DNA of 64,000 nucleotides from Moniliella sp. 'wahieum' (lineage: Eukaryota): the NCBI GenBank assembly GCA_003971905.1, contig RSEE01000039.1:434001-498000 (forward strand), written 5' to 3'. Shown here in pieces: positions 52,071 to 64,000 of this stretch. The notes beneath the pieces are model-generated. The model did no database searches. It saw nothing but the letters and a program-made list of their open reading frames with translations, and had not been told where the DNA came from. Made by a program: the position numbers and the translations under genes. The first letter of the stretch is position 1. Every line of letters starts with the position of its first letter.

Positions 52071-53614
52071 ATGGCCTCTGCTCCGTCCGACTGGAAGGCC
52101 CAGGCCACTGCCCCGCCCAAGGACGACCGTCCACAAACATCCGATGTGACCGACATCAAGGGCAACGACTTTGAAGACTACTACCTCAAGCGCGAGCTTC
52201 TCATGGGCATCTTGAGGCTGGCTTCGAGCGCCCCTCCCCCATCCAGGAAGAAGCCATCCCCATTGCCCTTACCGGCCGCGACATTTTGGCTCGTGCCAAG
52301 AACGGCACGGGAAAGACAGGTGCCTACGTCATCCCCACCCTCGAGAAACTCAACACCAAGAAGAACAAGATTCAAGCCGTCATCCTCGTCCCTACCGTGA
52401 GCTCGCGCTTCAGACTCTCAAGTCACCAAGACCCTCGGTAAACACATGGGGGTTGAGGTCATGGTCTCCACCGGCGGCACCAGCCTCAAGGACGACATTC
52501 TCCGCCTTTCCCAAACCGTCACGTTCTCGTGGCACACCCGGGCGCATCCTCGACTTGGCCGGCAAGGGCATTGCCGACCTGTCCCAATGCCACATCTTCA
52601 CCATGTAGTGCTTTTTTGTTTTTTGCGTCTTTCTCTCATCGGGTGCTGACCTCCTACGTTAGGGACGAGGCCGACAAACTACTTTCCCCGAGTTTACCCC
52701 GGTGATGGAGCAGCTCCTGGCGCTGCTCCCCAGTGACCGGCAGGTCATGCTCTTCTCGGCCACCTTCCCACTCATCGTCAAGTCCTTCAAGGACAAGCAC
52801 ATGACGAACGCGTTTGAAATCAACCTGATGGACGAGCTTACGCTGCGCGGTGTGACTCAGTACTATGCCTACGTCGAAGAGCGCAAAAGGTGCACTGCCT
52901 CAACACCCTTTTCAGCCGTCTGCAGATCAACCAGTCGATCTTTTGCAACTCGACTAACCGTGTGGAACTGCTCGCCAAAAAGATTACCGAGCTGGGCTAC
53001 TCGTGCTTTCTACACGCCAAGATGCTGCAGAGCCACCGCAACCGCGTATTCCATGACTTCCGCAACGGTGCGTGCCGGAATTTGGTCTGCTCCGCTGCTC
53101 ACCCGTGGCATTGACATCCAAGCTGTCAATGTGGTGATCAACTTTGACTTCCCCAAGAATGCTGAGACATACCTACACCGCATTGGGCGCTCGGGCCGGT
53201 TTGGCCACTTGGGCCTGGCCATCAACCTTATCACATACGAAGACCGCTTTAACCTCTACCGTATCGAACAAGAGCTCGGTACCGAAATCCAGCCCATACC
53301 CGGCACAATCGACAAGCAACTCTACGTCTCACCCGCTCTTATTGACGATCGGGAGCGGGAGGCTGCGGCCCAAGCAGAGATCCAGCGACGTGCCCCGGCC
53401 GGGCTTCCGCCCATCCGGCTAACCCACAAGCCGGCTTGCCCGTTATCCTCCTACTCAGGCGGCTATGCATGCCGCCACCATCCCGCAATCGCAAAACTTT
53501 ACCGACACCCACCCGCCACGCCACCGGCGCCCGAATGGGCGCGGCGGGTACCGCGGCCGTGGCCGGGGTGGTGGTGCCAGCGGGGGGGGGGCGTCGTTGG
53601 CTGCTCGCCAATAA
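52071..53614 (+). CDS. DHH1: DEAD-box RNA helicase Dhh1/DDX6 (intron about 52605-52662)
   Basis: [70 protein letters not shown] and [20 protein letters not shown]. Confidence 0.97.
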
Positions 53615-54604
53615 AGAGTACATCTCTTCTTCTTACCCCCCCCCCCTTAACTTCTCCCCCAGGCTCTCTCTGTTCTGCCTTGTTTCGTTCGCCTGCTTAC
53701 TACGTCTCGGCTGCCTCGATGGACCTTGCGTGCCAAGAAGCGCCGAAGAGGTGATCGTTTTGCTCGTAGGTCCCCGCACTACATCCAGGACCGTCCTGGG
53801 TCCTGGACTCCGCAAGACTGTGTACTATATGTAACAACTCTCTATGCCCTGCCCCACGCTCCGGTGCTTCGCATCCCCACCAGCACTGTGCACATCTCGT
53901 GATCGAGAGAAACATTTCTCCACTCTTTTCCTGCCTGCTGGCAGGTCCACCTTATCTCATCCGTCGTGTCGGTGCAAGCCCCCACTCGTCTCTTCTCCCT
54001 CGCTCCACACAATCGCCTTCATCGTTTTGAACTTTGGAAGCCCCCTTCCCCCCTCCCTCTTCGACATTCTCCTCTCTTGCCTCTCGCTCCACTCTCCCCT
54101 TCCCGCCTTCCCCCTGACCCAGGTGATCGGAAGCTCGCTCTCAGCGCTTACTCTCCCGTTCTGCGTCTCCACGGGCACCTGTGTTTTCGTGTCTTTTCCC
54201 CATCTGTGCTTTCGCGCATTTCCTCCTCGGTGCTTCCACACCTCCATTTCCTCCCGTGCTCTCCCACGGGCCCGGCGCAGCCCCCCCGTGGGCCTGTTCG
54301 TCGTTCCACATACAGCCAATCCATTTCCAACAATTTGGCTTGGGTACGTTCAACACTACTCTCTACTCCATCCCCCTCCCCCTTCCCCCTTCTGCCCCTT
54401 TCCCGCACACCTATGCCTGTGTCTGTCAACCGAGACACCCTTTCCCCGATCCCTCTCGGTTCAACAGCGCTCTCCATATGCCTGTCAACAAGCCCAGCAG
54501 GACCCCAGTGCCTAACTGGTGACCCCAACTGGCTATGGCATCCCCTCCCTCCTTCTCCCACCGGCTTGTCCCCTCTCACCTTGGCAGGTTGGCTCATAGA
54601 TACC

Positions 54605-57091
54605 TTAGTAGTCTTCGCCCGAGTCGCTCTCCTCGTCGCCCGACGACTCGGAGTTGACCAGATCATCGTGGGCGGTCGGAGCAAGTGGGAGAGCGGTACC
54701 TTCAAACTGTTGCAGCTGCGCCTGCAGACGGCGAATGCGTTCGGTTTCTTCGGATTCGTTGAGCGTTTTTCCCTTGAGACCGCCGGTACCGCGTTTGCGA
54801 CCATCGTTGGCGTTCTTGACGGGTTTGCTGTGCGTCGTCTTTTTGTCCTTGGGCCGCACGACAAAGCGGTAAAGCCGATACAAGGTGCGCGGCGACAGAT
54901 CGTCAATGTCCAACTCAATCTCCTCGTCGCCCATGGTGCTCTCTGGCCGGTCTTCCGCAATGATCTTCAATGCCCCATCCATCCGTTCCTCCGACAAGGT
55001 TTGAATCTTGTTGGCCAGCTCTTCCTTTTGCTCGTACGTCACCACGCGTACATCCTCCTCGTCCGAATCGCCACTCGGCTTGGGCTTGCGTTTGGGCTTG
55101 GGCTTCTTTTCCGGTTCCTCCACTGCTTTTTCACCTTTTTCGCCGGGGTTTCTTGGGCGCGTCGCTGCCCACCGATTTGCGGCGCTTGGCCGTGCTGGGC
55201 GGCGAGCCGCACGAGCCAGACAGGCCCCTGCGCCAGCGCCCGTGCTGCCGCCCGCACTGAGCGAGCTGAGCCTGCCGGGCCTGCTGGATCAGTTTGGGCG
55301 TCGGGGTGTGTTCCAGTTCGGCGGCCTGGCGAGCCAGGCGTTGGCTTGGTCGCGTAGCAAGGCAGCCACCTGCAGTGCCTCGGCTTGTTCCGGTGTCGGC
55401 GCAGGCAAGTACGGCCGCGGCGGCGGGAGCTTGCACGCACGGTCGTACACTGCCTTGAGCTGTTCGCCCATCAAATGCACGTCCGATCCAGCTGGGTTGA
55501 AGGTGAAGCAGTTGCGAAAGAGCAGTTGCATGTCGGCGTCAAACTCGCTCGCATCGGCATAGCCGCCTTGGCGCAAGGTGGACAAAATGGTGTCCAGCGC
55601 AATGGGATGGGAGATCATGGCATAGTACGCCGGCGCATAGTCCAGCGTCGGGTCAGGCAACTCGTAAAACACCCATGCCACCGCACTGTGCACCGGCTTC
55701 AACAGCTCATTGATCACCTTGCCACAAAACCGCACTTCGTCCCGCGCCACCTTGTCCCAATGCGCTTCTTCCGCCAGCGACATCGAGTCGCGTCGGTACT
55801 TGGTACTGGGCTTGGTGGGTGCCTCCTGCTCCACGTACGGCATCGGCGGCGCGGGCGGGTGCACTTCGCGCTTGGGCCGCGCACTGTCGGTCAGTTCCAA
55901 GCTCTTGCGCGGCTCGGGCGCATCGGGGCTGGGCAAGCCCTTATTTGTTTGTCAAACACCGTTTCCAGCACATCGGCCGCAAGGGAGATCAGGTGGGTTG
56001 GGCCATTGAAGATTCGGGTATTGTTAAACGTCAACCGCACTTCCTCCTCCACCTCCTCTGCCGTTGCATACACGTCCCGTCGCAGATCCAGGCCCCAGCG
56101 CGGCGCCAACTTGACCTTCTCCGTCGGCTTGTTCCCGCCCTTGACCGCGCCGCGGTCAAGGCAAGCTTAATGTCGATCGTACCCAGGTCCATGGGTCCGA
56201 GTGATGATCGTACGGTAGTGCGGGATACCGAGCGCGATGGGATCGACGGGCGCAAGAAAGGCACGCGCCTCGGTCCGGCTCTTGAGAGCTTTGAGCACGT
56301 TCTGCAAGTACTTGACTTGGGCCACCGTCAGCTTCAGCGGACGCCCAGCCTCCCCGCCAATTACAATACTCGGATCGTACTCGGGCAGCGGCCCACGCGG
56401 GGCAGGAGGCGCCGATACCGAAGCCGGGGCGGCGCGCTGGTGGATGGCTCGAGGAGGTGGACGTAGGCGCTGCAGGCGCGGCACCCTCGGCCGGCGCAGA
56501 GGTAGCAGACAGCTGAGGCTCCGAGGCGGTGTCTGGGTGGGAAAAGGCGGTTAGCATGGAGGCAGTGCGCGAGGGTAGGGGAGGAAGGAAAGGGGGGAAG
56601 GGAGGGAAGAGGGAAGAGGAAGGGAAGAGGGAAGAGGAAGAGAAGAGGGAAAGAGGCCTCTTCCCTTCCTCTTCCTCGTTCCTCTTTGCCTTCTTTCCTC
56701 GTTTCCTCTTTTCCTCTTTCCTCTTTTCCTCTTTCCTCGTTTCCTCTTTCCTCTTTCCGCTTTCCTCTTTCCTCTTTCCTCTTTCCTCTTCCGCGTCCTC
56801 TTTCCGCTTCCTCCCTCTTTCCTCTTGCCGCTTTCCTCTTCCTCTTTCCTCTTCCTCTTTCCTCTTTCCTCTTTCCTCTTTCCCTTTCCCGTCCTTTCCT
56901 CTCCCTCCTCTTCCTCTTCCTCAAGAGGGAAAGGGAAGAGGGTGATGTACCTGGCGGAGGCGGTGCGTCTGTGGCGGTGTCTGTGGCGGTGTCTGTGGCG
57001 GTGTCTGTGGCGGTGGCGTGGTGGTGGTGGTAGCCGTGGCCGGGGGGGCATCGCTGGTGGGCGGGGGGTCGGGGTGGATGGGGTCGGACAT
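54605..57091 (-). CDS. BDF1: BET family double-bromodomain + ET protein (intron about 56533-56950)
   Basis: BD1 FLAPVDPIALGIPHY..PMDLGTI...FNNTRIFNG; BD2 AWVFYELPD...YYAMISHPIAL...LFRNCFTFNP; ET VTYEQKEELANKI...EIELDIDDLSPRTLYRLYRFV. Confidence 0.93.
56575..56942. repeat. Polypurine/polypyrimidine low-complexity tract with (TTTCCTC)n core, inside the BDF1 intron
   Basis: About 80 nt of mostly purines, then about 265 nt of nearly pure pyrimidines, then about 20 nt of purines on the + strand. Confidence 0.9.
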
Positions 57092-58043
57092 GAGATGGGG
57101 GCAAGCACACTCGCTGGGCGCGGCGATGGTGGGCGAGAGGCGAAAAGCGACGCGCTGCTCTGTCCCGCCGCCCGCCCGACGCGTCCAGCCGGCGGAAATC
57201 GGAATTAAATATTCACCCGTAGCCTCCGCAGGGGGGCAGTGTGGGCGTGGCTGAAATTGTTCTGGCCCCCGCCCAGTACGTGGACGTGGACGTACCCGCC
57301 CCCCGCCAGCCCGCAGACACGCCCCATCCAACGGCTCCAAGTCGTCCTCGGGCTCGCGGGCGCGTAGGCCGAGGAGGAAAAGGCGGGAGACGTATGCTGC
57401 GATGGCGCATCGATTCCCGCACCCGTTTGGTCCGTCCGCCGCTTGCTGCCGTCCTTCCTACCCTGGAACGACGAACGCATCAGCTCATGTGGGGAGAGTA
57501 AGAACAACACAACATCACTCCTCTCTGGAACGACATGGGCGCCGCACATGTAGTCCGCGTCATGTGATAGCGCCGTCCGTGGGCACCGTCACGGCCGACT
57601 CGTCCGCCACATAATGCCAGTCCGTGCTGGTCATGGCTCTTAGATCTTAGCCCCCACAAGAACGGAGTTCCTCCCACTCCCCACCCGTCCGACACCTCTT
57701 TCCTGGCTCGAACCAATCAATATTCGCTGGTGCGAGAAACCTCACCTATCATGCTCACTGGATCTATTACCACTTGCGCCCGTGTCTCGGTCGGGGAGCC
57801 AAAAAGTAAAAGCACTGCAAGAAAGGACAAGCACAAGCACATGGGCAAGGGCAAGCACATGGGCAAGGGCAAGCACATGAGCAAGGGTAAGGGCAAGGAC
57901 AAAACAGGGGGCAGGGAACATAGATTCCACATCGGATCCGAGTGCAACAAAAACCCTCACAAACAGGACACCGACGGAACGCGGGAATAGATAAACGACT
58001 GTGCGGCAACCATCCCCTACAGGATCCCCCCCCCCTTGTTCGA

Positions 58044-61013
58044 TCAGAACGGTCCTAAGCGTCCCATGCCCAGCCCCATGCCCTGGGCAGGCGCAGGGGG
58101 GAACGGCGCCGCTGGGTCCGAGCTGACGGGAACGGAGGACGTGGAGGACGAGGCGGGAGGATGAGTAGGATGAGTAGGATGGGTAGCATGGTGTTGGAAA
58201 GCCAATGCGGCCGCATTGGGATCGCCACCTTTGCGTTTGATGCGTTTGGCCCAGCGCAAGCCACATGCGTTGCACAGTGTCTTGGGTCCAAGGGGACCTT
58301 TGCGCCACTCGGGCGAATCCACCCGGCCACAGTCGGCACAGACGTAATCCGCTTCGTCCGCCTTGACTTTTTTCTTCTTGGATTTCGGTTCGCCCTCGGG
58401 CCCTGACGCTTCGCCCTCGTCACGTCGAGGCGAGGCCGGACTGGGCCGATCCCGATCCCGATCCCGATCCCGGTCACGGTCATGGTCCCGCTCACGGTCG
58501 CGGTCACGCTCGCGCTCCCGGTCGGCCCCTCGCTCCGGATCCTCATCGAGCCGCAACTGTTGCAGCATCAGTCGCAACCGCTCATTCTCCACTTTGAGCT
58601 CCAAAACGAGTCGAGAATGGAAATGTTCGAGGTGGGATGCACGCGACACGAGCAAAAGAAGCACTGCAGTTCCGGCCGATTCGCGCCCGCGTCCGCCTCC
58701 GCGTTCCCCGCCCCCCCGCCTCGCCCACCCCCGCTGCGTGCCCCCACGCTTCCCCATCCACGTCCATCTCCCCATCTCGCTCCCCGTCCCGCTCGCTCTC
58801 CTGCTCTCGTTTCTTCATCTTCTTCTGCTTGGCCAAACGCCGCTGGTGCGCATAACTCGCCAGCTTGGCCGGCGGGAAATACGGATGGCCCGTAAACTCA
58901 AACACGACGTACTGCACATTGCCACTCATCACCCGTCCCGCCGTGGCCTTGGCCGCAGCCGTGGTGGAAGTCGCACCGGTCGCACTGGTCGCAGGTGCAA
59001 TCGACACCTTGTCCCGCCCCAGCCCGATGCGGCTACTACGTTCCTTGGCACCCATCCGGACTGCCGAGGACGATCCCGAGGCGGAGGAAGTGGTGCCAGC
59101 GCCCCTTCGGCCCATGCCGCCGGTGCCGTCCAAGCCGGACGAAAAGAGGTCGCCGTCCAGGTCACCGTCTGCGGCTCCGTCCACATCACCGTCCGCGGCA
59201 CCGTCAGCGGTACCGTCAGCGGCTCCGTCAGCGTCACTGGTACCGTTAAGGTTGGTGGTGCCGGTGCCTTTGTGTCCTTGCTCCAGTCGGGTTTGCATCG
59301 GAAGCGAAAGTACATGACAATCTCGGCTTCGGGCACTTGGCACGTGGGTTCCAAGCTTTGCCGTACCTGCTCCGTATCGTCGGGATGAACTAGCTAGGGA
59401 CGCCAACAAAACCGACCAGCCCAAACCCAGAAAACCAGAAACCAAAAGACAAAAGACAAAGAAAGAGATCAGAGGAGGAGAGGCGAGGTTAGTCAACGTG
59501 TATCTGTCTGTCTGCCTCGCCCGGGGCACCGGCGCTCGGGGCCCCAGGCGTGGCGCCGGGCCCCTCGGACCAAGGACCAAGAGCCAAGAACTAAGCCGTC
59601 AGGGAATGCACCAACATACGTCAATCAACTTTTGTCCGCGCAGTTCCTCGGCGCGCCAGCCCGTCAAGTCGGCTATGCCCGGCGACGCAAACAAGATCCG
59701 GCCCTGGGGATCGAGCACATGCACAAAATCAATCAACTCCTCTACCACCCGCAGCGGCCAGCCTTTGCGCTTGGTAAAGTCGGTCGCAGCCCGACGAGGC
59801 CGGAGGACCGTACCCGTACCCACTATGCCCACTATGCCCACCATACCCAGCAACTGCACCCGGACCGTACCCGGACCCGGACCCAGACTCCGACGCCGAG
59901 GCGTAGGTGGCGTACTCTCCGCCCGGCGCAGGGGCGGTGGAGCGCACGTCGAACGCCGGACTGGCCATGCTGATGCCCGAGCCGAGTGTCGAGCCGGGCC
60001 GAAGCACGCGCGCGCCCAGGCCGGGCGGGTGGGACGCCGCGTGCCCCCCCAAGGCCGAGGGCGGCAAGACGTTCTTGGATAAAAACGTGGCGCCTTTCAC
60101 CACGCCGCCCGAGGAGGTGACCCGGGTCGGGGCTGGCGGTGCGGGCTGGGAGTGAGAGTGCGAGTGGGTGTGAGAGTGGGAGTGGGAGTGAGAGTGGGAG
60201 TGAGGTGGCGGGGCAGAGGGCCTGGTACTGAGCCTGCTGGGGGGACTGGCGTGTCGTACCCCGCATCGGGGCGGACCGAGACAAAGTCAGAGAGGGAAGG
60301 GTCGAGGAACGGTGGCGCAGCGCGCGCCGCGCGCTACTAGGTGCAGGCAGCAGAAAGAAAGGGTCAGAAGGCGAGGAGGAAGGGTGGGAGCCGGCAGCGG
60401 CGCGAGCGGTAGGCCCACCAGGATGCGCGGACGCCGACGCAAAGCCGTGCGAGCCACTGGATCCGGGCCAGCCAAAGTCGGACGTGCTGGCGCCGGCGGC
60501 GCTCGGGGCGGCAGGGTACGGCGCCGCGTAGCCGTCTGGTTGGGCCGCACGGGGGTAGGACGCGGTAGAGAAGCGCGGGTGAGGGGGTGGGGGCGCAGAG
60601 GCAGAGGCAGAGGCAGAGGCAGGTGGCGCATGGGCAAAGTGGGATGCAGGCGGGGACGACGAGGGGGGAAGAGCAGGTCGGGCGCTGGGGCGGTGTCGGT
60701 GGCCGAGATGGGGGTCGGGGCAAGCGCCGAGGAAGCAAGGCGGATGGGACGCTGAGCAAGCAGAGACGCAGCAGACGATTGTGCGTGTGGGGGGCGCGGC
60801 GGGGGGGCAAAGGGGGCGTATGCCGATCCCAAGCCGAGCTGGGGCGATGCAGCCGGGTGGGGCGCGGGCGCGAGGGCGGGCCAGGCAGGCATCCAGAGGT
60901 CGTCAGCAGCGGCGTGGCAGCTGGGGGGTCGGGAGGGGGCAGTGCGGCAAAGGAGGGTTGGGAGGCAAGTGGCCAGTGCTGCGGTTGCTGTTGGTGCTGG
61001 TGATGCTGCTGCT

Positions 61014-61047
<34 letters not shown>

Positions 61048-61083
61048 GGGCGAGTGGGGAGGCGGAAAGGAAGGGGCTTGCAT
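58044..61083 (-). CDS. White collar-2-like PAS + GATA zinc finger transcription factor
   Basis: [58 protein letters not shown](L)[47 protein letters not shown]. Order and motifs match WC-2 as recalled. Confidence 0.88.
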
Positions 61084-61278
61084 GGTGGGCAGGGAGGCGG
61101 GCAGCGGCCCTTCGGGTATGATTAGCGCACGCTGCCGGAGCCAGCGTCCAGGGCTGGTGTGGGAGAGACGACGGCGACGGGGTACTGATGGGGGGAGGCA
61201 GCCAAGTGCCCAGAGCGAGGCCAGACAAGCCAAGCAGAGCAAAGGCAATGCAAGCAAGGGAAGCCCAGAAACGCAGGT

Positions 61279-61347
61279 AAAGCAAAGCAAAGCAAAGCAA
61301 AGCAAAGCAAAGCAAGCAAAGCAAAGCAAAGCAAAGCAAAGCAAAGC
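61279..61347. repeat. (AAAGC)n pentanucleotide microsatellite upstream of the WC-2-like gene
   Basis: Directly visible aaagcaaagcaaagc... Confidence 0.95.
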
Positions 61348-64000
61348 ACAACAAAACAAAGCCAGTCGACGCAGACGGATGGCGCGGCTCACCGGTCACA
61401 CCGACCACACGCTTCGGTCCCCAGCGCCTCAGCAACACCCAACAGCAGACAGAGCGATACTCGCGAGATATCCCCAGCGCCAATCCGCAGAAAGTGGAGC
61501 ACAGACGCGGCCACGGTCCAGTGGGCCAGCAACGGGCCGGCGAGGCGGCGAGGCGGGGAGAGTATACGAGATGGGGCTGCGCGACACGCACTGAGTCCTG
61601 AGGCGTCCCAGAACACGGCAGAGCGGCAGCCACCGCCACCGCCACCACACTGCCCCTGCGCCCTGGACAGCGGCTCTGCAGAACCGCAGCGCTGCGGGCC
61701 CCACACCGCCTCCGCCTGCACCCTGCCCGCTGCATGCAGCCGCCACCTGCCAGGCACACCAGCACACTCCTGCCCCGTGCAGCACCCCGCCTCGGCTGCA
61801 CTGCTTTCGTCCCATCATGCATCATGCACCCTCAGGCCTCACCCGTCTCCTTGGGCCTTAGTCCATCCCCAGCGCTCGGGCCCAGTGCAGCCGCAAGGGC
61901 TCTGGCATTCATCCGTGCCTCTGTCGGGCTCTGGCAGGCACACGCCCCGGGTCCAGCCTTGCGTTTCAGCTGCCCGCTTCAGCGACTCAGCCTGCAGGGC
62001 CACACGCCCTGCGCAGCATCCGCCCACACACGGTCACCACTCCTTACGCGTCCGCATTGCATCCGCACTCGTACGCCGCTCCACTGCGTCCATGACCCAT
62101 TCCTCAGCGCTCCGCCTCAGCGCCAACGCCTCGTCCGCGCGCAGCAGCGCGCAGCACAGCGCACCGACACTCGTCGCCTGCCTCGGCGTGGCTTGCGCTC
62201 GTCCCCACTTGCCCTCCCGCCACGCCCGCCCCCTGCCACAAGCCGAGGCTTGCAGCACAGACACGGTGTCTCCGCCGCCGGCCGCGCCGGCCGCCCCGCC
62301 ACGGCCATCCCATACTCAGCGCGTCCCCGCCCGGCCTGCCCGGCCATGCCATGCCATGCCATTCTTCCTCCTCGCCTGGGCAGTACTGCAGAATGGGCGT
62401 TGGACCATCGTCGGCCCTCGATGGTCCCATGCCCAGGACAGACGTACATACCGCTGACACCCTCCCTCCTGCCCCCTCCTCCCCACTTTGGCCGCGCTGC
62501 CCAGCCCAAACCCTAACCTGTTTGTCCCTCCAGGCCGCGCCGATCGCACCAAGCAGTGCCCGTACCCAGGGAACATGCAGCGTACAACGTGCAACCCCCG
62601 CCCCCAGCGTACGCCGTACCAGCACAGCAGCAGCATAGCATCCTCGCCATCGATCCTCCCACTCCGTGTAGAACGTGGAACGTTGTTGAACGTTCAAGCG
62701 TGAAGCTTGAAGCTTCAAGTAGCAACGTCACCCGTCATGCGCACACGATGCACCGTGTACGGTGTGTATTCGGACCAAGCAACGCACCGCAAAACCAAGC
62801 CAAGCCCTGGCAAACCCCAGAAGGGACCCCACAGGGACCCCTGGCCACGTGGGACTTAGGACCGCAGGACCCGAGGGGTCGGCCGTGACGCGTGACGCGT
62901 GACGCGTGACCGGGCGAGCGACGGCAGGGCCACGCGCGCACGCCGCTGCCCGTGTCGGCTAAAAGGCATGGCTAACCGGATAATGCCTCGCAAACCCCAT
63001 ATCCACCATCGCATCATTGAGCACACTATGCCATGTGCACTGACGGAATCGCATTCGTCCCGTTGCGCGAAGACGTCCATTCGGTTGAAGGTGGTGTCAA
63101 GGCCGGGCGATGCGAGTGGGACCAGGAGTACCAAGTACCAAGGGAAGCAAAAGATGCACTGGGAGAGGCAAGCAGAACAGGATCGGCCAAGAGCAACAGT
63201 GAGATGGTTTCTAGGATATGAGCTAAGAGAACCATGTGCATGACAGGTGAATTCGATTAAAGTGCCCGTCGCGTTGAACGTTGGCGCGGACCGTGACCGA
63301 CGGTCAACCTCTGAGGCGGTATAGGCTGGTAACGCTCTCAAAGGCTATAGGATCGCTAGTAGGGTATGTGTATGGTCTGGTGCAGTAATCAAGGAAGACT
63401 ACCTGACGTGCGTTGTGACGCCTCAACTAACGCGTGCGCGATGGGGGTCTATGCTATATCCACATTGGGACCAGCCCCTTTACTGCCCTTGCTTCCCGCT
63501 CCCCTCATCTTCCCGTTGGAGGAAGGGGACCTGGGAGAGGGGGGAAGCTTTTGTGGGAACAATCAAAAGGTTACCCACCGCAGGATGCACACGACGGAGG
63601 CATGCATATCATGTGGGATGCGAAAGGCAAAAGGCCCAGTGTAATAATATACTCTCGTCGGATCGTGGGGGTTATGCAGCATGATGCAAATGATGGACGA
63701 TCCGTCGCACTACCATAGACCACTGTAGAGTGTCTCTTCTCGGGGCTCTCTCATGGACTAATGTGGGCCTAGAGCATTAGGTCGTTCCGGTTCATGTAGC
63801 ATCGACTTGGATGATTTTTTAAGTGACGGTGTGGCTTGTTCGCTTGTTTTCCCTCCGTGATTCATCTCGGAGATGCTGCTGCCAGAGGTTGTACGATGAG
63901 CCGCAAAGGTACCCAGCAAAACCCACTACTCCCTTCCTCCCCTGCTCTTTACCGTTATTCACGAGTTAAATCTTCATCCGTACCAATGGGCCGTGCTCTT

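Noticed and set aside
53844..54600. Long plus-strand ORFs between DHH1 and BDF1
   Set aside because: Pyrimidine-rich UTR/intergenic sequence or antisense to BDF1; no domain signal.
57825..57900. 18-bp repeat GGCAAGGGCAAGCACATG in a small ORF (GKGKHM)n
   Set aside because: Lies just past the 3' end of the WC-2-like gene; low complexity with no coding support.
61400..64000. Several GC-rich ORFs upstream of the WC-2-like gene
   Set aside because: Ala/Pro/Arg low-complexity translations expected by chance at this GC content; no recognisable domains.

Overview
GC-rich, gene-dense, intron-poor eukaryotic DNA. It is most consistent with a basidiomycete fungus, possibly Ustilaginomycotina (inferred from gene content and GT-[CTRAC]-AG introns). 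About 24 protein-coding genes are recognisable, in order: LtrA-type membrane protein, RPL12, Med25-like Mediator subunit, zinc-knuckle ORF, Usp, Swi3/SMARCC, beta-flanking-like protein, ArsB-type permease, GH18 chitinase, PPR protein, oligoribonuclease, CCT-alpha, a conserved hypothetical, TPR protein, GPI protein, arrestin-like, PB1/retropepsin-like, Vps71/Swc6, PalA/Rim20, IMPDH, GlnRS, Dhh1, Bdf1 and WC-2-like. Nearly every gene, including essential ones, is broken by small indels. This points to an unpolished long-read assembly rather than pseudogenes, so gene boundaries are approximate. Highlights: (1) a full VWA+ACID Med25-like gene with long Gln-Ala tracts; (2) a Swi3 gene carrying the animal BAF155/170-type MarR-BRCT-chromo N-terminal module, split across reading frames; (3) an snR54-like C/D snoRNA inside the IMPDH intron; (4) a retropepsin-fold protein lacking the catalytic Asp. 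All reference-sequence comparisons are from memory and no database search was run.
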